This document shows, piece by piece, positions 1 through 12,915 of a DNA stretch of 64,000 bases. Origin of the DNA: Tubiluchus corallicola (taxonomy: Eukaryota; Animalia; Priapulida). The position numbers were made by a program, and so were the translations under genes. Location of the stretch: positions 62,001-126,000 of the forward strand of contig JAQGDQ010000371.1 in the NCBI GenBank assembly GCA_030141605.1, written 5' to 3'. Numbering within the stretch: the first letter of the stretch is position 1; the number at the start of each line of letters is the position of its first letter. The notes under the pieces were generated by a model. It saw only the letters and a list, made by a program, of their open reading frames with translations, was not told the origin of the DNA and did not search any database.

Positions 1-1129
1 GTAAAGTTCAGCTCATTTGCCAACAGCCAATATCATTGCACAAAAATTCGAATGTGATAATGATGAGATTAACGGTTGGACAAAAATGGCTTTTGCACAG
101 ACTTCGTTTAAGTGCAGCCTAAAGAGGCTTCATTATTATTTATTCATGAGGATAATTTATGTATCTCTCTTGACAGCCAATCACTGCCCTGGCACATGTG
201 TTTAATATAATTGCATTCCCATTATTCATGTGCTGTCCATCCCATACCTGCTTGACTCACATGCTGTTGCATAAACATGATAATGGCGTGACAGATATGC
301 ATGCATTCATGGGATAATGTAAGCATTTTGATTCAACATGCAGTAGTAACATCCTGGGAGACTGAACTTATTTTTTAAAGTGACTGCCCTTCGACATCTG
401 AGGTTTATATGTCCAAAGATATGTTGCAGAAAATGGCATGGTTAATACTGAAAAAAGTCACCGTATCTATCTAATGAATGCCATTTGAATGCAGCGAAAG
501 CTTTTCGACAAGCTCACTAGATGGAGCCACATACGTTTTGTGCTGCTATTGTACTTGGCTGCTTAAAATGATGAACGAAAACAGAGGAAAACAGATAAGA
601 AAATTCACTATTTGTCAGTTCAAACTAACACAAATTATCTCAAAAATAAAATTTGCAAAGAAAAAAATGGTTTTCTAGCTAATTTAACAGCCAATTTAGT
701 TTTTACAAAGCTAATTCTCGCCAAGTTGCACTGACATTTTTCAAAATGCTTATTCCCAGCGTCAAGATGCGAAAATTGTATCTATACCACTTTATGATGA
801 AGAAGTAGCAAGCTTAAATGATAGTTTATATAATAACTTTCTTATAATTGTAGTGCTAGATCCTTCACTGGCTTCATGGCTACATGCATTACTGGGTGAG
901 AAGCTTTGGTAACTTGTATCAAACTTCAATTTCCATAACACAAGATAAACTATGGATGACCATTTATCTAGATTGCTGACATGTCAACTGCAAACATAAG
1001 TTAGACCAGCTTTAAGATTGAGTTGATGTAAAACTGTGTAGAAACTTACAAATAAGTTATTTTTTCTTCTTCGAGTTTTTTTGTATATTGAAACCTATTA
1101 TTTCCATTTGTAAATGTACAGTTAACCAT

Positions 1130-2150
1130 TACAGAATACTTGAAATTTCTGCTTAAAAAATTTAACACCATATACGCTGTTCCGGAACTCAATGTACATG
1201 GTTTCATTTATCATGTAAGATTAGCAAGTTAACTTTTTCTTCTCGAGACCCGAAGAACTGATTGATGAGAAGACGACTGCTAAAATTTCAGGAGATTACA
1301 ACAACCAAGCTAAAATAGGACCATTAATCACAAAAAACAAGATATGAGAACTTGTGACCAGCAAATTTAAATGTCTGTCAAATTGCAAACAGTTCCTTCA
1401 TTTGCAATGAAATCAGCACTATGTCTATCCTCAAAAAATCTTTCTATTTTTAAGAAACAAATAGTAAAAATATAGTCCATTAAGTGCTCTTTGTAGCCAC
1501 ACAGTGCAAAATTTCTTGATGAATTCATGCTGTGTTGAAAGTAGAGACTGCTGCAAATTAGAGGATCCAGCAGAAAAATACAGGAGTTAGGGCTGCAGAA
1601 ATGGGACATTGCCGCGATTTGACAATACAACAATAGATTTTCAACTGCACACTTTTTTTTCGAAAATTTGGACACAACATCATAATTACAAAGCTGGGTG
1701 GCAATCTATATGGTAATTAGTAAAATCTAATGCATGTGATAGTGTTAGTTTACACGCTCCTGAACTTTAAAAGATGCTATTCCAAGTTTCTAACATAAAG
1801 CAGTGATTCAAAAGATGCTTTAAAATGTAGGTAGTGACTTGATGTTTATTATAAAACTGCTAAATGGTAATTTGGTAAACTCTGAACATAGTCCAACATT
1901 CTCATATGCTCAGTATCAAGATGCCTAATGACATGGTACGTGATTTGTGACAAATGGACAAAAGCTACCAGAAAGTCATACATTGTAGATGACATTAATC
2001 ACAAATGTATTTCTGCTCATTCAGATCCACTGGGTAAAAGCAATGATGAAGTCCGACGTGCTCAAGGGACGGCATTATTTTAAATTCACCGATTCACAAA
2101 GATGCATGCTCTTTGAAGATGTCATTCAGCATGAGAAACACGATCAGTAG
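1130..2150 (+). pseudogene. Possible decayed intron-containing coding sequence (unidentified, perhaps transposon-borne)
   Basis: Several AG...GT bounded blocks (donors CAT|GTAAGA ~1215, ATG|GTAATT ~1713, ATG|GTACGT ~1936; acceptor ctcattcag ~2024). The block at ~1498-1712 reads PHSAKFLDEFMLC*K*RLLQIRGSSRKIQELGLQKWDIAAI*QYNNRF with stops explainable by C>T decay. Region is CpG-poor. No family recognised. Confidence 0.2.
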
Positions 2151-3394
2151 ATAGAAAAGAGGCTTTGTGCAAAGTCAACAATCAATGTAAGAGGACTAGC
2201 TAAATGTCTCAGGATTCATATTTTATGAATTTATATTCAAAGACCTGCTGCTTGAATGCTAAGTGAATAAAAGACAGTGAACCAATTTTTTTTCTAACTA
2301 TGCCGAGTTTGTTTTGCAAAGAAGCATAAAGGCACAAACGTATGGCTTCAGGAAATGAAATGAAAAATATTTGAATGCAAAATCCTAATAAATTGTGACT
2401 ATTAGTAATACTAGTTTATGATAAGCATGGCGTATTTAACAAAATTATCATTAAATCAAAGAATTTGCATCTATGACTATCATGAAATATTTCTGGTTGA
2501 TCAAATCCAAAAAATGACAAAATGGTTAAAAAAATTATGCAGCACAAAATCAAAACATGTAAATAGAACATTTGTCAGAGAACAGTTCAGAAAACTTAAT
2601 GAATGATCTACACCTGGTTAACTTACACAGATCATTTTACACACTATCTTATATGATCATTTTAATTTCATCAAGTGCATGTGAATAATATACGGTGTTG
2701 ATTAATTTCTTCCACACTTGCACACAAAAGTCGACAAAACTTAGAAGGGCAGGGGATGAAGGAGATGGGTAGGGCACACACACTAGTGAAATGGTATACA
2801 ATACCAACACCCAATGCTTCGTTGGGAACAAAATCAGTGACACTTATTAAAATTTACAACACTTGGAACTCAGCTATTCATTTGCTGAATGATCCGTCTG
2901 AAAAACTATTTGAATTCCAATTATTTGTGTTTAATTCAGTTCAGTTTACAGCAGTTAATTAGCTTCTGAAAGTCTGCCTTCTAAGTGAAAGCTAAGCTTC
3001 TCTCGCAGACGTCTTTATGTAAAAACCCTTGCATGACAGACAAACGGGTTATTCAAAAACAAATTTATTATTCATAAAGGAACCATTTAGGCTTTTGCCT
3101 ATTCAAATGCTGTTCGACTGCTTCAATAAGCGATTCCAGCCATTCTGTTCGAGCCTTTTATAATTTTTGTTTGAGAAATTCTATTTTAGCTGAGTTGCAA
3201 TTGACGGGGCTCGCTCGCCTATTCACGAATAGAATTCTGCTGAAGTCAATTTGCAAGTCTAATCTGGACCCGTTGAAGCCGTGTGAGAGGACAAATATAA
3301 CAGGCTGCGTAATCAGCTTACACTGATATATTCTACAGATTATAGACAATTCACAAAGAGACACGAGAATGGTTTCCAATTTCCACTTCTAGTG

Positions 3395-3498
3395 TTAAAA
3401 TGCTGAATATATTTCCATCACAAATGGAAGCTTTGGATTTTGCGAGGCAGGAAGAGTTGCAGACAGCAATCTTTCAACACCAACTACTGAGCTGTGAG
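3395..3498 (-). CDS. Candidate terminal coding exon (HSSVVGVERLLSATLPASQNPKLPFVMEIYSAF*), product unknown
   Basis: Minus-strand acceptor ctttcacgtttacag, 33 open codons to TAA, AATAAA about 330 nt downstream (3069-3064). No homology recognised. Confidence 0.22.
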
Positions 3499-3861
3499 CT
3501 GTAAACGTGAAAGCAAACAGCTGCAGTTATTCAGAAAGAAAGCAAGCAAATGCGAACTGTAATATGGCCAAAAGTTAATGTAGATAAGACAATCATTTCT
3601 GGTCATTATCATCATCATTATCATTGTCATTTCATCATCACCATCACTGATTGTCACTATCACACCATCATAACCATCGTCATTATTGCGATTATCGTTA
3701 TTAGACAAGAAACATAAAAGTTGATATGCATAAAACAACTACATTAGAGTTTGTGGTTCAGAAAAAGCTAAAAACCTGCACAGTTCATTTTTGATTTTCA
3801 ATTCGTGTAAAATGGTTGCCATTTTTATTTGAATTTAAAACTCTCTTCTTTTTCTGACTGC

Positions 3862-3862
<1 letters not shown>

Positions 3863-3920
<58 letters not shown>

Positions 3921-3937
3921 TACTATTATTATTGTTA

Positions 3938-3998
<61 letters not shown>

Positions 3999-4022
3999 TA
4001 CTACTATTATTGTTATTATTAC

Positions 4023-4110
<88 letters not shown>
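3863..4110. repeat. (ATT)n microsatellite
   Basis: About 80 near-perfect trinucleotide units; source of the poly-I and poly-L ORFs. Confidence 0.99.
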
Positions 4111-4982
4111 GTAAAATTAATTTACAGTATTATCCTAGAACAAAAATATAAATTATAAGAATGTCGACAAATTTCAATACACGTCTGTCAATTGAAATTA
4201 ACTTTTCTAAATTTGAGTAAAATTCACTTTACAATCCAACAAAATCACTTTGCATCACGCTTCCATAGTCAACTGCATATGGTGCTGCCGAGACATTTCG
4301 ACTTTAGTCATTCCTCCATCTGATTATGACAGAAATTCTAATCCTGGTTTGATATTTCCCGGTGGCTGATCATTCTGCAGCCCCCTATGAGCACTTTGTT
4401 TTGCCAGACAAAATTAAGTGAAAATCGAAGTGGACGAGTATTTGCTCATTGGCATTTGTTCGGTTTGTTGACATTTTCCAGCCGACCATCTGTATGAAAA
4501 TTGCACAACTGGTACCCTCTAAGTAGTCTTGTCCGTCATAAGGGTGAATTATACGTTGTCAGTTTGACGGGCCTCTCACTCACAAACGTCTTGTGTTTTG
4601 CCTTGTTCTGCATTAATGGAGCATCGACTAACTGCCTGAAAATTTTGTTTTTGATGACCGATGACAATTCTCCTTTGACTTAAGTGGTTCCCTGTGACGT
4701 TTTGCTCAACTTTGTAATACATAAGATTCAAAAGCACTGACTTTTTTTCAAACGTATCTAATCGGTTTCTCTTCCAATGTTAAAATTATCAGTTGGTTAC
4801 CAGTTCAATTATTTTCTTCTTATTATTATTATTTTCAATTCCAAAGTTAGTTGCAGCTTTCACAAAAGTAAGACAGCTGGAAAGCGTTTTCTAGTTTTAA
4901 CTTTTATTCTGGAAAATACTTAATGGTAAATAGAATCTAATAGCTAAAAACTCAAGTAAGTGACTTTGTTAAGACTAAAATT

Positions 4983-5013
<31 letters not shown>

Positions 5014-5024
<11 letters not shown>

Positions 5025-5275
5025 TATTTAAAGTCGGCTTTTGGGTCAACAATTAACATTAGCTCAAAGAGCTATTATCGCCGACTGTAAATAACAACCT
5101 ACAACTACATAACAGAGACTATTGTTACCCCACTTTTACCCTAAATACCACGCGTCAGGCAGGACAACAGCAAGTACCATTTTTAAAGTCTGTGGTATGT
5201 CCCGGCCGCCGGTTCGAACTCACGACCTCCCAGACGGAAAGCAGACGCATTACCACTAGACTAAACCGCCTGGTC
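5014..5275 (-). mobile_element. tRNA-derived SINE, apparently full length (MetaSINE-like core)
   Basis: Minus strand: box A TAGTCTAGTGG, box B GAGTTCGAACC, core CATACCACAGACTTTAAAAATGGTACTTGCTG, 3' stem AGTCGGC...GCCGACT, then AAATAAATAATAAT tail. Confidence 0.85.
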
Positions 5276-6739
5276 GAAATATAATATGAATTATCAGTAA
5301 CAGTATACGTGCCACAACAGAGAAAACTAAGTCAATGTAATTTTGTATCGGAAATAGATCCTACAGAGGTCTCTTGCATAAATTACTGTGTGCTCTTGTG
5401 CTAGCAAAGATAATTATGTTGACGAGAAGGGAGCAGAAAACGTATTCTAAACAGAATCCCAAATGACTGTTGCTAACATTCATAGTCAGAAAGATCCTAA
5501 GAACAGAAAACAAGTCGAGTTGCTTTACATGAATAGAAATGAGATGAACCACCCAGGAGAACACGAAATCGATATCATGTATTTGAGCGGAAACAATGGA
5601 CTCGCGGACATTTGTTAACGCAAAAAGCAGCTTCAGCCGAATAACGGTGGCTGTAAATCAGCAAACAGTGCAGCTATGTGGTGAATTCAGTATATGGGGT
5701 GCCTTTGGTTATTATGAGTTATTGGAGAAAATACATTGTATTAGTTTTCAGAACATCGTAAACGCTGTTAATGTGTCCCACAGAAAGGATTATAAGCAAT
5801 GAGATGGGCTAGTTGCTATTGATCCAGCTTTGTCTGAAACGTAACGAGGGCAAGTTCACAAAAACAAGACAGCATAATAAAGGCACTTAAGAGTTACAGA
5901 GCTTAAACATTTTGTTTATACTGTATATCCGAATGTTTTAACTGAGTTGAAACAAAAAGGCTTTTATGCCTGAATATATCCGCAAAGTTACTAAAGGGTT
6001 ATCCCTTCTTCGAATGCAGAACAATGCTTGTAATCACGTTTGATAATACTTTTATTGTATTCCAAATAAGTGGACAATTTTAACACTTCATAATTTAATA
6101 AAACAATCGTTCGTTTTTAACTTCATTCTCTTACTTATTGGAAGTTTGGAAATTTGATTTTTTTTTACCTTCCGGGGTCACTATCCAATCATTCAAGCAG
6201 TATTGTCGCTACTAAAAGGACTGAAAAATGGCCACACGTGGAAAGCAAAAGAGACCGTTAAATACTAAATTTGCAAATCGATTCTGATTGCTTTAGTTAA
6301 CAATGTCTATTACTAAAGAGAATCTTATAACGAAGTTTGCAAACGAATTTTACATTATCATGTTCAGTGAGTAATCTAAAAAAGAATTTTATACTCGAGT
6401 TTGCAAATGAATTTTACGTTATTATATTTAATGAGTAATCTATAAAATAATAGACTGTGTTAGTCAAATTACTAGAAGTTGTCTACATCACATAACCAAT
6501 ATTTGAAAGTGTTGTGAAGCAAGTTATGTAATTTGCATTTAAGGGCCATATCCGTTCCTAAAGTCCACACTGAAATAAAGTTACACTAGGACAAACTTGG
6601 TATACCTAGGTCCCTAGAGGAAATAAACTTGACCAAATATGACCACTTGACCAATAGTGACCAAATATGGTTAAAGAAGTTGTTGCTTAACACCACAAAC
6701 TCGGCTTGAGTTAAACAAAAACTGGAAAATATACGAACA

Positions 6740-7320
6740 TTTTTTACAATTTTTCATATTCATTTGTCACTAGGCAAAAGTTTAGTTAGGTAACGATAAC
6801 TAAGTGATCAATGGATTAAATTATTGCAATTTAGAGTATAAAGATTATCATTTCATTCAATGCAGCACGTATATAAGAAAATTCTCAATTAAATATCATG
6901 CCCCCTCATATGAAGTAATATTCCATGGGTTGTTAGATTATCAAAATCTGTATGAATCTTTAAATCAATATATAAAAAGTTTATTTTAAATCTCTATTTA
7001 TAACTAGATAATTCTAAAGTAAGAACTTAAGTCACAGCAGTGTAATGTTTCCTTGGAACAAGTAGTAGCTTTTAATCTTAGAATAGTAGTGTACAATCAC
7101 TAACGATTAACAACTAAAATAAAATTATTATAAGAACACTTATGGGTGGCCTGCCATAAGCCACAGCTTCTTAGGTCTCCCTTCATTATTTTTTTTAAAC
7201 AGTGATCATTTTCACCTAATTATTTATTATTTTGATTAGATGATGTACTTCAATATTGTGTTTCAATTAATGTGATTATGATACGTGTTAAATCAACAGA
7301 TTGTTTTGAATTGAATTGAA
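6740..7320 (+). mobile_element. Decayed 3' end of a CR1/L2-group LINE
   Basis: From 6861 reads CSTYIRKFSIKYHAP/LI*SNIPWVVRLSKSV*IFKSIYKKF, resembling the ORF2 C-terminal motif FSIKY.GP..WN.LP..IR.S.S...FK; followed by AT-rich UTR and (TTGAA)n tail at ~7306-7320. Confidence 0.65.
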
Positions 7321-7486
7321 GTTTCTATGCTTACTGTGCTACTGATGATTCAAAGATTCATCGTCAGCAGCAGCAGCTATCATCTGCGCATGTGCACACC
7401 ATGCCTCTCGAATTTGCATGCCTGTCCAAACCTAACATTTCCGCATCCATGCTCAGACAAAATAGCGCTCAGGGAAAGAGAATTTT

Positions 7487-7825
7487 TTATCGTCCATCAA
7501 TGTGGCACTTTGCAAATTTTCTACTACTCTTGCATTGATTAGCCATGCAAGAGCGCAGCAGCTTCTTCAGCCCAGCTGAACAAAAGAGCTCGCACTGCTG
7601 CGTTCTCATTGCGTAATGCAGGCGCTCAGCAGTTAGAGATGTTTTATGTCCAAAAAATGCATGATAAAAGAGCTCTGATTCGCTTGCCATGGCTGGAAAG
7701 GTAGATTTACTAGAGATACGATGACTCATCTTCAGATGTAATGTAATAAGGGTGGATCCATTCTTCTTAGACACAATTTCACCTCTGTAATTGTTCGCGA
7801 AACACTTCAATGTACAACACTGTGT
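7487..7825 (-). pseudogene. Decayed N-terminal fragment of a hAT-like transposase (BED finger-like)
   Basis: CCTLKC...KNGSTLITLHLKMSH resembles the BED finger pattern C..C...GST...HL...H; downstream LFCSAGLKKLL...SSRK resembles the hAT segment GFKKLL...PSRK. Recalled motif similarity only. Confidence 0.4.
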
Positions 7826-8098
7826 GGAGTTAAGTCACCTGTGTTTTATATATAAATTTCGAAATGTTTTTACTTTTGGGTTTATGCCAAAAATGTAAAA
7901 GAGAAACATGTTTAGCTAACCAGTGTTTGAATCCGTGGTGACATTATTCGCTCTAGGCAAAAATCGGGAAAACAATTCTAGCTTCATAACCTACATTCAC
8001 TTTATATCTAATTAGATCTAAGATTAGATCTAATTTTACATCTAATTCACACATTCTCTTAATTGGTATGCTAAATACATTACACCGTGAACTATTAA

Positions 8099-8555
8099 CC
8101 CTTTCATACCCGTTGTATCCCGTGGGATACGAGAATATTTTCTGCCTTTAAAATTAATAAAATTTTAAAACTGACAGTTATTTGATCTATTAATAGTTAT
8201 TTTGATTTAAGCCAATAACAATAGACTAAAAATGGTGATAAAATGGCAAACTAGAAAATCTACATAGCTTAAAAAACTGCGCAAGGTACAGTACTTTAGA
8301 GACACTTTGAAGAGATCAGCATAGCATGCATACTAAATGTCTTAAATACTATAAATAATTATCAGCAGTTGCAAAATGAAGCACATTTTATGTTTCCATT
8401 GAATCCCAATGGATACCGTGGGATACAGGCTATATTTAGCACGCGGGCACAGGTAGAAAAAAATAATTATTATGTGTAAAGAAAATGGACATACTGAACA
8501 AAAGTACCAAATCAAAAATTTTCCTTATTAAAAAAACAATTTGGGACTGAAAGGG
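8099..8555. mobile_element. piggyBac-type MITE
   Basis: TTAA on both sides (8095-8098, 8556-8559); TIRs CCCTTTCATACCC and GGGACTGAAAGGG; motif CCGTGGGATAC occurs twice inside; no ORF. Confidence 0.85.
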
Positions 8556-9135
8556 TTAACAAATGACAGATTGCAAGAGACAATCGAATCTTTGATACAT
8601 GTAGACCATAGACCTACTAGTTTTGTTTTCGTAACGTGGTTTCAAACGTGTTCATTCAACAAACATTTGCGTGCTTTGCTTTGCATGTATATGTCCCTAT
8701 ATTAACGAATCAATGCTTATGTTAATAACGTCGCGCACACTTATATTTTCTGCCACTGTTAAACTAATTAGTGCAGACGAACACGAGCAAGACGTATGCA
8801 TAATAAATGAACGAATACTGTACGTGGTCTGTAAGTATTCATCAGTTGCAAATTAGCTCAATCGCATTAAGGTGTATTTCTCAACTGGCCTGTGTTACCT
8901 AGATTGACAGGTGTAAACAGTGTGAATATGATTTAGTTCACTGATGAAGAAAGTTAATCTAACAAATGACCTCTAATGACTCGTGAAGTTCGAAGATCTC
9001 GTTCAACCAAATAGCGCCTAATTAAGACTTTGCACTCATTAATTTAGAATTATTGATTGGCCTTCATTGTTTTGAGTGGTCTACACGTGCTGCCTGTAGG
9101 ACAAAAAGAGAGACGGGACCTTGCTTATACATTTT

Positions 9136-9404
9136 AACGCGCTGTAAATGAGAAATAAGCATTCAGCGGCAGTGCGTACATAATGTATGTAGTTGTGGTA
9201 GGACGGGAATCCAGCTATTTTCAAGCTCAATCCTCTAAAATCAGTCACAAAACTGCTAGAAAGGCGTGTTCAACGCTCTGTAAATGAGAAATAAGCATTC
9301 AGCGACAGGGCCTACGTAATGTAAGTAGTTATGGTAGGACGGGTATCTAGCTATTTTCAAGCTCAATCCTCAAATCAGGCACAAAACCGCTAGAAAGGCG
9401 TGTC
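9136..9404. repeat. Tandem duplication, 2 x ~136 bp
   Basis: aacgc(g/t)ctgtaaatgagaaataagcattcagcg...agaaaggcgtgt starts at 9136 and again at 9272 with scattered substitutions. Confidence 0.95.
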
Positions 9405-11224
9405 CTAATCAATGTGTAAATACAGTTGCCCAGACAAGACGAGCGAAGTCGTGCCAGAATCAGCATTTTGAATGAAACAGCCCAGAGCAAGTTGTGACCC
9501 AGGCAGGTTACCCAGGTAGGTCATGTGCGATGAAGTTCACACGGGACACGGGTCAGTTCGTATTTTATCGAAGCAAAATGCAATTCCTAGCATGACAAAG
9601 TCAGTAAAATACTGACAATACAAAAGTCAGGCAATACTATGACCTTGAAAAAAGGTCATTTCAAGGTCAAATTGCGTTGATTTCGTTGATGTGAAGGGTG
9701 ATTCCTAGACAATTAAGCATGGTGGATTCAACGAAAACAAAATTATGATCTTGACAGAAAAAAAATCATTTCAAGATCAAATAAAGAAGCAATTAATTTA
9801 AATGAAGTGCAAATTCTTAGGCAATTACGCATACGGAATTCGATTTAAGCAAAAATATGACCTCCAAACAAAAGCTGACACCATTTCAATGTCAACGAAA
9901 GAGCAGCATATCTCACTTAAATAAAATGCAATGCCTAACTGCAATTAAAATTCCGTTTTTACGTAATTTACTTAGCGTTCACGATGCTTCATCACCTTGT
10001 GTGGTTCAGAACACTAACTTGCGTAAATCAAGAAAAAAATAAGACTCCACTCAGAGCCAAAGCTCTTGACACACTTGATGAGCAGGCCACCCAATATGCA
10101 TCGATTTTAATGCCAGTCAGCCATCAAGGAAAATTACAGCTAATTAAATAGTTTAATAAATAATCTGTTTCCCACATACTTGTCACCAATCTTCCGGATC
10201 GGGAGCATACATTTTTATGGGATTTTTCCCCATCCTGGAGCAAATGTTTACCTATACCTTTCCAAATATTTACAGACATGTGTCGAATTGATGGGGTATT
10301 GGTCACGCCCCCAGTGCACCCATCAGAGAAGATGTTGAAATAACATGTGTCCTTTCATGCATAAATATTTTACATGATCATAAATCATTTGAATAGTGCA
10401 TGCCATAGAGCACAATTTCACCCGATTGCTCTGTCTTTGCTGAACAACTACTCCCAATTGACTACTCAAAACGTTGCCTTGTGTCAGCATCGTGATTACC
10501 CGAAATTCAAATTCTGACTTTTATTTGCACTGAATCGAAACGGATGAATACTTTATGGCGGCTATTACATATTTATGAGCGCCTGGCAAATTGCTCCTCA
10601 AGTTGAATCTTTCAAGCTCGGGAAATATTTAGGCCATTAAATATGAAAAACGCCAAAACACGCAAGAGATAAAGTTGATCGCAAATGGCATGGGTGCTCA
10701 GATTTCATTGTTCCACAATGCGGGGTCTGCACAAACAATGTCTTACAAGTGCGTGTTGACAGGCCACTTTGCCTGGCTTTAACCCTTTTAGCGTTTGTCT
10801 ACGTCTGTTCATCGAACAGCGCCATTTGAGAAGAAACTGCAACAAAGACGGTTCCATTAGCGGTGAATGGAATTATTTAAATGTTATATTCGATGGTTGT
10901 GTAGTGGATGATTACTTAGGGAAATAAATACCTATTAGTGAAACAATATGGGTATCAATTGCAGGATCAACAGTACACAAGCATCATAAGATGACAAGAG
11001 ACAGCAGCTTCCGAGAAAGAAAAACGATTGTAGTGCCGTATTTATTACTTAGGTACGTTTGTCAGCACAGAAAATAGTACTATGCCAATGCAGAAAAGAG
11101 TAGTACTATACGGATCCAAGGGCCAGGAACACAACATCTTAATTCATAGGACTAGGACGCAGTGATGAACACCTTAACAAACTTTGGAAGCTATTTATAC
11201 TGTTATTATTTTGTCATCTGTTGG

Positions 11225-11330
11225 TTTACCACATATACTAAATAACATACAAGATATAAGAAGGAAAGATTAAAATTTACCACATACACTAAATAACATA
11301 CAAGATATAACAAGGAAAGATTAAAATTTA
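11225..11330. repeat. Tandem duplication, 2 x 51 bp
   Basis: tttaccacata(t/c)actaaataacatacaagatataa(g/c)aaggaaagattaaaa at 11225 and 11276. Confidence 0.95.
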
Positions 11331-12301
11331 TCTACGTACATACTATCAGTGTCCTTTGATATTGCACTACATATGTACGAAATAAAATGTATGTATATAT
11401 TATGTGAACAACATGACAAGGGCCAATCTGAAATAGTTGGCACCGACAAGAAATAGATTAACGATTGACCAAGACACCACCTAAATTCTAGATTCTAAAA
11501 CAGTTAATTAAAGAAATGAGTTCAGCATTTTAGCTAATCAAGCTAATTGTATAAATCTAGCAATTCGGTCGCCAAGTCACTCCAATCTGTTTGATTAATT
11601 CATTGCTAAAACCGATGACTAATGCCCATAAAAGGTGCGAACAGTTGAACCTCCCAGACGCCTGTGACTGGGTAACAATTGCGTCCTTACGATGTAGGAT
11701 TCAATGTGCTAGCAAACACAAGAGGTCGCTTTTAGACATTGTAAAAATTTAGGCTGCAAATTTAGGAGCATGAACAAAAACAAGACAAAGAGGTGCCCTA
11801 TAAATGAACAAATGCTATCACAGTTTTGCGTAATGTACATTTCCTTATTTAGAGTCAACGTATTTTGTCTGGTAATCTCACTCCTTGACTACACTTGCTT
11901 TTGATAGCTCTGTCTTGTATCTAATTATTGTAACTGCGCCCAGTTGCCATGGTGATTTTTGTTTTTATTTATTCCTATGTCTGCCATCGAAACAACAAAA
12001 ATCCCTTGGGGTACTAATAAAAATCTTAACTTTCAGACATATTCAGTCGCAAAGCGAGGAGCCACCCAATCTCTGTTAGAATAATGACACCACAATAATT
12101 ACGCATGCGGTTTACTAAGCTTAATCACGGTTGTAACCCAAGTCTCATTAGCAAATTGTTATTAGCTGTCAGAAATCAAAAAGCCTATAGTATTGCTACT
12201 AGTAGAGTGCTTACAGTCAGGCATAGTGCCATACTGAATTTGAAAACATTTGGATACTTATATGGTGCAAAAATCTTCCCAGCTGAAATGTCAATTGCAA
12301 A

Positions 12302-12915
12302 AGGAAGACAGGGTGATTTTTCATCTACTACCCCATTTTCAAGTCCCATAAAAAGTATACATTTTAACACAATTGATACTGGAAAAGCGTTTCTGAATTA
12401 AATAATAGATTAAAAACTTAATTAACCACGACCGAGCCCGACTATTGATGACATCACATACCAACATAATTTTCAAGAGCAAAAATATTCCACGAGCGTG
12501 TTGCACGTGTTTGTGAAAGCGAAAATTGAAGTAAAGTGGTACTGTAACATATTCAGTGTGTTGTACTAAAACAAGGCATGTTTTAAGACGAAAATTCAAA
12601 TTTCAAATTTACAGCTGTGCTCGCACATGAGCTGTCGAACGTGCGTAGTTCGTCACAAACAAACACATCTGAACTGAGAGGTACAGCACCTGTTTTTGTA
12701 TGCATTTCCGGAATGAAGGCTCTAGTACCCGTCTAAATAGCGAATGGCGAAATGCATGTAATAGCGAAGAACTAGTGGTGCGAACGAGAAATTGTGTTTG
12801 TGTGGTAATCGTTCTTTCACTAAGTCATTTTTTTAAAAAAATAGTATGTTTCCTTTCAATATTTTAAAGAGTAGATTGTTTTGAACTGCAGATTAAGATT
12901 GAGTGCAGTTTTGCT
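12302..12915. mobile_element. Non-autonomous TTAA-flanked DNA element (Kolobok/CryptonA-like), long copy
   Basis: Both ends are homologous to the 62069-62345 element (AGGAAGACAGG start; ...TTTGCT|TTAA end); left TTAA is decayed. Confidence 0.7.

Noticed and set aside
3829-4158. Poly-Ile and poly-Leu ORFs
   Set aside because: (ATT)n microsatellite.
10124-10345. Minus-strand open frame ending at a GTATGT donor
   Set aside because: No upstream acceptor and no recognisable protein.
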